Notes under the pieces: generated by a model
What the model saw: the letters and a program-made list of their open reading frames with translations, nothing else
Database searches by the model: none
Told to the model about the DNA's origin: nothing
Made by a program: the position numbers and the translations under genes
From: Balanoglossus misakiensis
Lineage: Eukaryota; Animalia; Hemichordata
Direction of reading: 5' to 3'
Length of the DNA stretch: 64,000 nt
NCBI GenBank assembly: GCA_040954595.2
Contig: CM082579.2
Coordinates: 1,811,908-1,875,907, forward strand
Shown here: positions 39,701-52,049 of the stretch, piece after piece
Layout of the letters: every line of letters starts with the position of its first letter
Position numbering within the stretch: position 1 is the stretch's first letter

Positions 39701-42534
39701 ATTTTTTTGAGCTTTAAATGGCTTCATTCGAACATTCTTCCTTTGTCGGTAAAGGGTTAAACCTTCGAAGTATATTTAACGCCTGAGGTCAAATTTCACC
39801 AATCATCATCAATTGTCTTCACATTTTCAGATTCTTGCCCATCGGCAGGTTGAAGTCCCTATGATAAGAAACTTTGGATTTGCAATTTCCCCGGGAACAG
39901 AGGCGCTCATCGGCTTAAAAATGATCCAGGTCTGTACTGCTTTAATTTCAATCAATGGCCTCAAGATGCGGATTATTGACGGATTAGATGAGATTAGAGC
40001 ATTTTCTTAATTCCTCGATAAGTCAACATAAGCACAAGGCAGAGCAACACCCGACGGAGTCGAACACAAGCTCTGCCAACTGACAATGTGGTCATTATTG
40101 CAGAAATATATTTTTCTGACCTTTGAACTTTAGCAGAGATTATCAGAATTAGTTGCCGCAAGCGGTTGTCTTGATGGTGAAACTTGATAGTGTACCAACG
40201 TTCTCAACAGATTAAGAGCAACTATATTCTACCGATGCAGTCGCCGCGGCTGTCGCTTTCGCTGAGTTAAATTACATATCTTGTTGCTGTAAATTACCAG
40301 TACACCGAGCGGGTGATTCATTCACTCATTCATGATGGTCATCAGACGCCCTGTGGGTTTTGCCTCAGTGACCATGTAACATCGATGACTGATTGATTGA
40401 CCATATCCATTAGTGGCATTCTCAGTTTGATTAAAACCTGATGTAGTGATCAGATCGTCACGGGTCATCCATTCTACATGATGGCCTGTGATTGAATATG
40501 TTAAAGGTATCGGCGCAATCACGCACTCTACGGTAGTTAGATTTCACCAACGTTTTCAATCCGGGGACTTAACCTTATATTGTGAACATCACCGCGACAT
40601 TACTAGTAATAGATGGTACATTCCGATGTTGCGATTTCTTAGCGTTAGTGAAGACGTCATTACAAGCCCATATGACACCGTTTATATAAAGGTGTTTTTT
40701 CGTTATATTTAAATTTGTAGGAACACAATCTGCCCGAACCGTACGTGACGAAGTGTTCAAACGAGCAGTTGGAATATTTCCCTGTATACACACGTTCCAA
40801 TTGTGTGCGGGAGCGGAATACCCACGCAGTTGTCTCCACCTGCGGCTGTCGTGAGCCGCACATGCCAGGTAATTGGTCAATTAAGCATTATTGCTCCTTT
40901 AATTTACTCCGTGATTGATATTTAGATACTTCTATCGTTAGTTTCAGTACATTCAAGTAACAGTGAAAAGAAGACAAGACCGGCCCTCGATGCCACCAGG
41001 CAATATTTCCATCATAAACCAACATGTAAATGTCACCATTTATGTTCAACAAACAAAGGTGCAACCCTTGATAACCATAAGACGTATTCGCTATTTCAGG
41101 CGATGCAAGAGTGTGTAATTACAACGAATCGGTTACCTGTGCAATTCCAGTATTAGGTATGTTAATATTCACTTCAGTGCTCTACTACTCAAGTTTTTAT
41201 CACAACGCCCACACTAGAGTGTTTGGTTTGGAAAATATTTTTATCGGTGAATGAGCGACTTGCCTCCGGAATTTCTGTAGGCCTAGATATATATCACAAA
41301 TTCAGCATTAAAATTAACCAAGCATATATATTACACTACATTCAGTGGTACATGGATATTATATTTAAATACTTGTCTGCCATGGAATCAATAGCATAAG
41401 TCCCGGACTACTTTATAGATTTTTGCGATTTGTTTTAATCGTCACTTCTACAGAACACAACAATACGACCTGTCCAGTGGCCTGTACGAACACGGCGTAT
41501 GAGACAAGGGTCAGCTACGCAATGTTTCCCGGTCGCCATATTGTCGAACAGCTACAAAATCGGTTAAACCTAAGCTACCCGGATATAAGGTAAATGATCT
41601 GTGAAAGAGATACAACAAAACTGAGACGAAATTTTGTGCAGTGTACTACTACATAGACGGACTATACTGTCAATAAATCAAATAAATTCACAAAGCGCCA
41701 AACCCTTGTACACACATATAATATTTATTTGTTATAGTGAGAATAATGTTTTTTTTAAATAATTGATCAATGCTGATTTATATAGTGGTATATGGAAACT
41801 GTTCCAAGTGATAAAACCTTTGAATGAGATAATCTACACGTTCACTTGAATAGACAGAAAGTCATAAAATCATCAGATACATTGGTCAAGGTCTATCCAT
41901 ATCTAAAAGAAATTCTCCATACAATATTTCTGATACAAAACGTGAATTTTATCAAAGGGTGTGTTTATTTCTCCGCAGGGAAAACATTGTTGATCTGAAG
42001 ATTTACTTTGAAGAGATAAGTTATGAAAAGATTAGTCAAGAAAAGGGATACGCCTTTCCTGATTTAATTGGTGAGACACATTCTGCTATTTGATGTATCC
42101 GAAATTTCGTACATGTCATATAGGCCTAAGCCAACAAAGGTATACGGTCACCTATGCAAATTTAGCTACAGTTACCATGGCAAACTGAGATCTAGACAAT
42201 CACAGATTTTCAGTGGGTGGCACAGGTGAAAAAGAGAGCGCCACCATATGTTCTTTAGAACACTCAGATATGATTTCATCAAAGCGTTGAGTATGAAAAA
42301 CCGTGTGGAGAAATGCAAGTTAAGTTTCACGTTGTCGGACACCGGCACTGCATTTATGTTGTTCTATGAACGTGTTTGTCGCATTTCATTTCAGGCGACA
42401 GTGGTGGTGAACTTGGACTGTGCTTAGGAGCGAGCCTTTTGACAATGTGTGAAATTATGGAATTCTTCTTTATGGCGTTGTGGAGAAGACTAACAAGATT
42501 GCAACGGGGAATAGGACCACATTCGCAAAAATGA
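36767..42534 (+). CDS. DEG/ENaC (ASIC-like) channel, paralog 4
   Basis: TTLHGLRY, FPAITICNYN, TDFGVCYTFN and TM2 GDSGGELGLCLGASLLTMCE. Ends PHSQK* at 42534. Confidence 0.93.
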
Positions 42535-43012
42535 CAGATTATCTAAACATAACTACATCAACCCTCCCAGTTGACTCCCCACCCCATGACGCACAACGGA
42601 TAGCAGTGAATATTTATCAGGTTCCAATTGTAAGTACTGTCAGTAAATCAACAAATGCCAGCAATTTTAGATAGACGGTTAACTAACAATTTCCAGTTAC
42701 TATGGAAATCGGAGATCTAGCAATTCACAGATTTTGACTTTTTGGCCACGCGAAATCATTACCATCTAACGATATATGCGCATATGTAAATTAGAGGAGA
42801 TAGTACACGTATACGTTTAAATCGTAAAAGTGAAGAAAATGAACTTTTTATCATATTTTCTGTTGTAATGATACACTTACTTACAATGACCATCAAACTA
42901 CAATGCATCCTTTCCAAGGGAATAAAATATGTTTTTGCTCCAGAAAATTTTACATTTTACACTGATCAAGACTTAAAGCATCACACAGTACAGATCGGAC
43001 CATTTTTATTCT

Positions 43013-44068
43013 TTATTCTCGCGAAGTTTCACCAACCGTATCTTCCTGCTCTGTCTCTCTTCTGGAGGTCATTGTTCGTGTTGTGACTCTGCTGGTGTTT
43101 CCGATGGATTCGCTCACGCCGACTAAGTTTGTATTCTTCAATCCATCGTCTCCACGCCTCACAGCCATCACCTATACACGAGACAAATTCAAAACGTCAT
43201 ACTTTGTATAGTCTTACGGTTGTCAAACCAAAAAGTAGGTCCGGGTCAGTTTATTGAAAAAGTAGTTCGGGTCATTTTGCGAAAAAGGTTCCGTTCAGTT
43301 AGAGAACAAATGATGACTTGCGGCCCTCTACGTCATCAACAAGTTTCCAATGAAAAACAAAGTAACGTGAGATCTTCTTCATACAGGTCATGTAATGAAA
43401 GACGTTATTTATCATAACGAAAGATTTATAATTATTATGCCAGTGGTGTTTGTCTATTGGTAAAATTGCATACAACGTCTGAATCCGTCAACAGTAGGCT
43501 TCAATACTTATCACAGAGATTCACAAATTTACCTTAGGGACAAATAACAGCAAGAGTGTTGCGGTTGTACAGAATAAGATGAAACCATTTATGATGATGT
43601 AAATGGCGTTCGGGTTGTTCTCCAGTAGCACTGATATCGGTAGCCCAATCGTGCTGAAGATGACAACATTGTAAAGAGACATGCCGACGTATTTGCTGTC
43701 GTTTAATCCGGGTATCTGAACAGACCTGCAAGGAAACTTGATAATATCAATGTTGATGGTGTGATAGGATTGCTTTCCAGAAACACCGCCAAGGGCGATG
43801 AATACGAGTCAGTAGACTTGAAAAACTAACTTTTTCTGCGCTATTTTGTTTGTTGATGAAAAATATCATTTGAACTTCTTACCTTGTCTGCCAAGTTAAG
43901 AAGGTTCCAAATAAAAGTAACAGACCCTTGTAGGCGTACATAGCGATGGCGAACTCTTGAAAATGATGTGAGTAGCAGCTTTCAAGTGTGTGGATATACT
44001 TCACCACTGCATCACCAGACACAATTTCCTGAAAACGCACAGACAGTCAGACAGACAGACAGACAGAC

Positions 44069-44158
<90 letters not shown>

Positions 44159-47100
44159 ACTATATTATATTCTATTCTATTTATAGATACTCAACTTCTC
44201 AAAGCATTAATTATTCAGCATAGCAAGCCAAGCAATGAATACACTTACTTCAACATATACCACCGTTCCTTGAACACTCTCCGGCGATATTATTTGCCAA
44301 GGTATCAGAATCGCCATGTCAACAGTTACCATGGTACCTACCATTGTGAACAGCTGATGGTCGCGTACCGCCTGCATAAACAAAATTAATTCAATGCTTT
44401 TAGCTGTCGTTCTTCTGTACCTCCGGAAAAATCAATGCATATTAGTTTGCTCTTAATATCTATCAATTATAACTTTCAGCTATTTATTTCGCTCTCCAGA
44501 ATTGCCGAAGTTACTAGCTTCAGGTACAAGCAGGAATATAACACTATAACAAGCAAAATAATGGGCATTTATCACGCTGTAGATAGCTGAACAAGCGAAC
44601 GTATCTGATGCACAGAACAAAATATAGTGACGTAGCAAGAGGGTACAAGTGCTGTCTCTTAATCACAGCGAAATAACAAACTTTTCTAATGAACAACGGA
44701 ATGTGCTCTAGGGCACTAAAGTCACTAAATTGCTTATAATGATGTCTTACCTTACGTTTTGGTGCCTTATTGGTGAAGACCGTATACACTCTCCATGTCT
44801 TTGAGAACATCGAACCGAACGATAATGTGAAGCCAATTGCTAAAATCCATGATTTAGTCTGTCGATAATTGAAATTACAGAATAAAACAGGGGATTATTT
44901 AAACAGGGCAAAGTGATGAATGTATTACTGGTGTTTTACAGTCTTTTCCCCATTTTATTCGATCGCCGGCATGCGCATTAATCTCAGTTGAAAGAGGGCC
45001 TTTCATTGGCTTGTGACTTTTTCCTAATCCATGTGTACACACACGTGAGCTGATATCACACCAGTGTCTGTCTGTCTGTCTGTCCCATCGTATTACAAGT
45101 TTGATCTGAAATTGGTGAGCACTTATAGACTTGGCTGGAACTCTTCATTGTGCATAACAGATTCGTGACAATGCTACATAAATACCTGGCAGACTTGAGC
45201 AAACTGTTCCATTGAGAGTACTCCACGGTCAAGTCCATTGCAAATCACACTGATGTAAGTAATTATGCACCCACAAACCATGATGTTGTTGATATTAGGA
45301 CTCGACATCTTTATCACTCTGAACGTAGAATCAGATTATTCAGCATAAATAATGGAATTATTAAGCAGTTAATGTTGATTTGCTGGCCAAGTAATACAAG
45401 TCAAGTCAAACTATGTATGAAACTAGATAGGATGCAAACTTGTACATAAATTGTGACTCTTACGCAGTTTAACACGATGGGCCATGTGTCGTTTGTCCCG
45501 TGTCACATGAGAATGTCCTCCATGTGAACTGACTGGCCACGCGAGATCTCGCAGTGTCTCGCGGAGTTCGGAAAATGGTCTATTTAATGAGACTTGTTAC
45601 GAGATATGTACCTTCAATCACTCACCGTTTGTGCCTGTAAATCAAATTGAAGGATAGGAACCCAAGCGCCAGAAGCACACCACATCCAGCCATGAACGAC
45701 ATGATCAACACTACTGATGACGAGATAGTCAGAAGTTGGACAATCGTGATTGTCGTGTCACTGTCAGGAGGCGGGTGGCCGCCTGAAACATAAAAAGTAC
45801 CATTTCTTAACTGCTGTGGCTTCTTTGTGGCTAATTGGTGATTTATAATTAACGAATGTGTATTGGCTGAGTCTGATCATTAATGAGGCACGATCCTTTG
45901 ATCCAAAATTGTCTAGTTCTGTATCTTACGACCACAATCATATCCTTTACCTACCATGGTCACTCCAAATCTCCTCAAAAGTTTTACTCCAAGTGCAGTC
46001 ATCTGATTGCGCGTAATACCGTCCGATTTCAACCTCTTTCGAATCTGAGGATACGCACGCAAAACCGATTGTTAAGTTTACATAATATACGTTTTTATTA
46101 TATTATTCTTTACTTCTAAATCGTAATTATCTGAATAATTTTACGACAGATGCTGGTGGTTTGGTGTTTGTATACCTCTTGTTACCAAATGTTTACATAA
46201 GTCAATAGATGTATAAGAAGTTTACTAATGTAACCTAAAACATTAAATTACCAATATCTTTTTCAATCATGATGACTCCCTTTCTCCCACCGTCTTCATC
46301 GAATGACACGGGACCCTGAAAAGACAATTGCGAGAGAAATGCACTATATGTACTATAGTCTTTATCAATTGCGTGTTGCTCAAACGAAATAATATAGGAC
46401 AAACACGTGACAATGTCATACGTGTGTATGTGTCTGTCTGTCTGTCTGTTTGTGTTCTCTGTTCTGCGACAACGCTCTTCTTATAGCTACGTAGCTACTT
46501 TCCCTTAAGATTTGTGTAAAATGCAATATGGAGGTCACACTAAGTGTGCCAAGTCATCAAATGTGTTTACTCTGTCATTTTTCATGAATGTTCGTGAATT
46601 ATATTGTTGGTATCTTCCCGTTAATAGTCTTGACAAAATACTGGTTTCTATAGTACATGCAGTTTCTATGTGGACATAGATTGTACGCATGGACGCCCGT
46701 TTCAGCCGAATGTATTCTCATTGAGTCAATTCAGAGGGATTCTATACCGTGTATGGAAGAGAAGGTAAGTACATAAACTTCACTTTCATTTATGAAAAGA
46801 TCCACATCATCAAGTAATGGGAATATCATCATGAATGTTATTGGAAAATTTTTCATTTTGATTGCCAGAAGGCCCAAAATTTCAAAATGCCCAGAGCTAG
46901 TGTTGGAACAGTTTTCATGTATGGATTCCTGAAATTAAAATCGGGAAACTCATTTACTTCAGTGACCACACACAAATACGTGTATACGTTAATTTTGGTT
47001 CGCGGTATATTATCATAAAAGCTTTAGGAACAGATTTTTCAAAACGAAATGACGGGCGAAGTACAAAGAGAAATCTGGGGCAGATGATTGCTTCAAATTG

Positions 47101-48547
47101 GTGCTGCTCATAAACTCCTATCTATCTCGAGGAGCTGACTGGCATGAATATTATTCTCCTTGAGTTTTGTGGCAAAGAAACATAGCATTATCTGCTTGAT
47201 TTGCCTTAGCATCTCATAGACGACCAATGACTTCCATGCACTTGAGATAGCTTGGCATTCGCCAGCATCAAAATCCATAACGGAATTACCTGTAATTATA
47301 CACATTGTGTTTACTTACAGAGACTCCAAGAAACTTGGTGTTGGACATTTCTGCTTTGAATACGTCTGCCATCTCTTTGTCTCTGTAGGTGAATGATTCT
47401 AAAGTCTTGTTTTCTGGCAATGCGTGTATTGATTGATTCAGCGTTAGTGCGCATGCCCAAAGAGCATCATAAGCATAGCCTATCGGGCTCTGCATACTCG
47501 GGGTGACGAACGTCTTGTTCAGAATGGTGTTCATCTCATTTATGTAGTCTTCTGTGGTCTAAAGAGTTCAAATACAGGTTTACATTAACGTCACATGTCC
47601 TGCAAAATAGTAAGTGCTGTACACATACATGGATGGGTACTAAGCGCCTCTTTTTATGTTTTGTAGAACTAGAAAAGAATGAAATGTATAAAATGATTTT
47701 TAAGTGTCCAATTAACTACCACTCACCAGATTTGCCAGTGTTGGTCTTGGATCGGCACTAAATGCCGCCCACACTACAGTGAAGTACCCAGCAACGGCCA
47801 GTCGTAACTGCTCAGCAGTGCAATCTAGATCATCAATATCTATCTCCCACCATCGTTCCGGATAATAACCTATGACGACCCACACATACTGGGGTCCATA
47901 CATCCCCTGTTTGTAAGCCTGTAAAAATCACAGTCAGAACCCATCAATTGCGTCATGCTTAACTTTCTCTATGTGGTTCATACAGTTGTAGTAATAGACT
48001 GATGAAATTTATTGTCTTTAATAACAGACGATAATCTGTGTTGATTGTGTGCTTTTGTGGGGGGGGGGGGGTTCCAATGAAAATTCATACCAGCACTTCC
48101 TGTGTGTATTGGGGAAAAGATTCCCTTTCACGTTCTCAGCAAAAGACAACCTTGAAAAAATACATTGCACAGAAATAAATCTGAAAGGGCTTATCTATTT
48201 CTAAAGTGAAGGCGGGAAAGCTCGATGGTACGACAACAAGAGTTTCTTTTTCTCGGTCTTCATGCCATCCACACACCTACCTCACAAAACACTCTTTTAG
48301 CTGAGTCCGAGAAGAAGTTGCCAATGATGATTCTGGCATCCTTTTCCTGCAGATGAAAGAAATTTTGATTTTGACTCAGTACAATGTCCCGTTTCTCAAA
48401 ATCTACAGTAATTAATATTTTTCAATCTACACACACGACACGCACCTTCAACAGTCTGACACTTTCAGATGGGTCTTCAAGAAACGATTCGGCAGCCACT
48501 AATGTGAGGTTGGCTTCCTCCACTGCTTTCATCATGTTTGATGACGT
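43013..48547 (-). CDS. GABA-B receptor-like class C GPCR, 3' portion only (5' exons not found in window)
   Basis: Exons encode LLK|EKDARIIIGNF..VFCE|AYKQGMYGPQYVWVVIGYY, GYAYDALWACALTLN, GPVSFDEDG, VIKMSSPNINNII, GSMFSKTWRVY and LFVPK|VMAVRR...SRE* (TAA at 43015-43013). The first visible exon, 48547-48446, begins at a splice acceptor in the middle of the Venus flytrap domain. Confidence 0.88.
44041..44156. repeat. Compound (GACA)n/(GATA)n microsatellite
   Basis: Intronic; about 20 GATA units preceded by GACA units. Confidence 0.95.
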
Positions 48548-48619
48548 CTGAGGAAATTTGGTGCAATTATGTTAGAAAATAAATACTGTATGTCTGAAAG
48601 ACATGCATACATGTCAACA

Positions 48620-50395
48620 ATTTGAAAATTTTGGTGTCTTTCTCACTTTTAGACATTTTTCATGGGTTATAGCTCATGAAAATTGTCAAAAATGACAAAT
48701 TCTCGACTTTGAAAATATCGGCATTTTTGTCACTTTTGGACATTTTTCATGAAAATCTTCAAAAATCGACGATTTTTCGACTTTGCGAATTTTCAAAATT
48801 TTGTCATTTCTGAAGATTTTCATGAGCTATAACCCATGGTTTTTATCAAAAAATGACCAAATTTTGAAAATTCGCAAAGTCGAAAAATCGTCGATTTCTG
48901 AATATTTTCATGAGCTATAACCCATGGTTTTTATCAAAAAATGACCAAATTTTGAAAATTCGCAAAGTCGAAAAATCGTCGATTTCTGAAGATTTTCATG
49001 AGCTATAACCCATGGTTTTGATCAAAAAATGACCAAATTTTGAAAGTTCGCAAAGTCGAAAAATCGTCGATTTCTGAAGATTTACATGAGCTATAACCCA
49101 TAGTTTTTATCAAAAAATGACCAAATTATGAAAATTCGCAAAGTCGAAAAATCGTCGATTTCTGAAGATTTTCATGAGCTATAACCCATGATTTTTTCAA
49201 AAAATGACCAAATTTCGAAAATTCGCAAATTCGAAAAATCGTCGATTTTTGGCGATTTTTGACGATTTTCCTGAGCTATAACCCATGATTTTTTCAAAAA
49301 ATGACCAAATTTCCAAAATTCGCAAAGTCGAAAAATCGTCGATTTTTGACGATTTTCCTGAGCTATAACCCATGATTTTTTCAAAAAATGACCAAATTTC
49401 GAAAGGTCGCAAAGTCGAAAAATCGTCGATTTTTGACGATTTTCCTGAGCTATAACCCATGATTTTTTCAAAAAATGACCAAATTTCGAAAATTCGCAAA
49501 GTCGAAAAATCGTCGATTTTTGACGATTTTCCTGAGCTATAACCCATGAATTTTTCAAAAAATGACCAAAATTCGAAAATTCCCGAAGTCGAAAAATCGT
49601 CCATTTTTGATGATTTTCCTGAGCTATAACCCATGATTTTTTCAAAAAATGACCAAATTTCGAAAATTCGCAAATTCGAAAAATCGTCGATTTTTGGCGA
49701 TTTTTGACGATTTTCCTGAGCTATAACCCATGATTTTTTCAAAAAATGACCAAATTTCGAAAATTCGCAAAGTCGAAAAATCGTCGATTTTTGACGATTT
49801 TCTTGAGCTATAACCCATGATTTTTTCAAAAAATGACCAAATTTCGAAAGTTCGCAAAGTCGAAAAATCGTCGATTTTTGACGATTTTCCTGAGCTATAA
49901 CCCATGATTTTTTCAAAAAATGACCAAATTTCGAAAGGTCGCAAAGTCGAAAAATCGTCGATTTTTGACGATTTTCCTGAGCTATAACCCATGATTTTTT
50001 CAAGAAATGACCAAATTTCGAAAATTCGCAAAGTCGAAAAATCGTCGATTTTTCACGATTTTCCTGAGCTATAACCCATGAATTTTTCAAAAAATGACCA
50101 AAATTCGAAAATTCCCGAAGTCGAAAAATCGTCCATTTTTGATGATTTTCCTGAGCTATAACCCATGATTTTTTCAAAAAATGACCAAATTTCGAAAATT
50201 CGCAAATTCGAAAAATCGTCGATTTTTGGCGATTTTTGACGATTTTCCTGAGCTATAACCCATTTTTGACGAATCATGGGTTATAGCTCAGGAAAATCAT
50301 CCAAAATTGAAAATTTTTCGACTTTGCGAATTTTCAAAATTTGGTCATTTTTTGAAAAAAATCATTGGTTATAGCTCATGAAAATCATTCAAAAT
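48620..50395. repeat. 87-bp satellite, left arm (+ ~48620-48808, - ~48808-50262, + ~50271-50395)
   Basis: Monomer GAAAAAATCATGGGTTATAGCTCAGGAAAATCGTSAAAAATCGACGATTTTTCGACTTTGCGAAYTTTCGAAATTTGGTCATTTTTT. The 29-aa periodicity in the ORF track corresponds to 87 bp. Confidence 0.95.
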
Positions 50396-50559
50396 TAAGG
50401 GCAAATTCCAAATAGGACAATGAAAGGAACTGGCAACACGCTTGTATTGATAGCAATTGGAGTAATTTTTGTCGAAGTGGTAAAATTGGACCCTCCAAAC
50501 AAATGCAGATATTTGAAAATGTTTTTATTCTGATTCTGTGTCAGCACTTTTTGGTTAGG

Positions 50560-50620
50560 GTCACGTGACGTTACTTGAGACACGTCAGAGCAAAGTTTTC
50601 GCTGCTGATTGGTTGAAGCC
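50560..50620 (+). promoter_or_regulatory. Putative promoter motif cluster at the start of the core
   Basis: Palindromic GTCACGTGAC E-box (50560), ACGTCA half-CRE (50582) and CTGATTGGTT inverted CCAAT box (50605) within 60 bp. A CG|GTAAGT donor follows at 50777. Confidence 0.45.
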
Positions 50621-52049
50621 ACCTGGACCATCTCCACTTGGAAATTTCCGTGTAGCCTTCCGTGCATTTTCATTCGAGAGTCAGACGGCCACGCTGCTAC
50701 ACGGACCACGAGAAGATGCGGAGAACTCTGCCCCCCAAACAGAGTTTCTCCGCTGGATAGTTTTCACGACGACAGCGGTAAGTAAAGTAACAGAAGTAGA
50801 CACATTTACTCAATTTTGGACCAGAAGCATGGGTTATTCTGTGGCGAGTTACGGACAACTAAAAAGCCAGACGTCTACACCACAGAATTGAAAAATTTGA
50901 TGCGTCACAGTCGGACAGCTCGAGTCAGCGCTGCCCTGCTTTTTAATTCACAAATTCCCGCACCCATTCGCGTTACTAATGATATACGGTCTATCAAAGA
51001 CAAGTCGGTGTTTTAGCTCTACTGGTGGGCAGCATTTTTTACATAAAAAAACAAGGTAGTTTTTCGGGAAAGGGGAGGGGGGCTACGATGAATTGGTAGC
51101 GGGTTCGATGAATTGACAGCTACAGCGGGTACACGTGCAGTCAGCGTGTTTTCGGGTGTAAATGAATGCAAAATTTGTATTATACTACCAGACAATGGCA
51201 AAAGTAGTAGGCTTTGAAACGCTTCATTGGAAACAGTTATTTTTGAGTGTGTGTCCGTGCAGTCTTTGCCAAAAATATTTTTGTCGGATTTAAAAATTTT
51301 CCGCTTGGCTGTAGGCCTAAACTTGAAAATATGTAAATGTTCATAGTGCCATGCCGGGGTTTTAGACTACTTGTCTGACAACGAAGCCCTACAACACATA
51401 TTGTCGTCATGTATGATGTACAATATGCGAATGAACAACAGTTTAGCGTGCGGTAATCACGGTTGATATTTGGTTTCGTGTACATGTATGTGGATAGGCA
51501 TTCATTTTTTTTCCTCATTTTGCAGATTGGAGGCCCCGGTGAACTGATGGTGTACGTTCAACGCGGATGCTATGATGTTACAAGCATGATGTCAAAGTAA
51601 GCGGTATTAGCCAAGTTTTTTGGGCAATTTTTAAGAACTTTCAACGATTCTGACTGGTGCCGGTAGCCAGTTCAGCGAACCGATTTTGCACAAATCTGAA
51701 GAATGCAACAATGCGGATGCTATATGGATGTCATTTTAAAGTTTTAAGACCAACAGGACTACATGCTCGGTGCATGGGTCATTTTGTTACGGCACCAACA
51801 AGTTCATTGGCTTTGAATGCTTCGAAAGGTGCTCGTTGTTGTGAGTGTGTGTGCATGTGTGTCACGGTAAGTTGTACGGTATATTTGGGCCATGCAACTA
51901 GCCTACAATGAGGTGAGCGTTTGTATGATCCATGGCTGAATGAAGACCAGTGGATTATATGAGGCTTAAAACAAGTAAGTTATATAGACATAAATAAAAT
52001 CCCCGGGGCGGGTGGGTCCCATCCCTCAGACCGACGGTTTAATATAATA

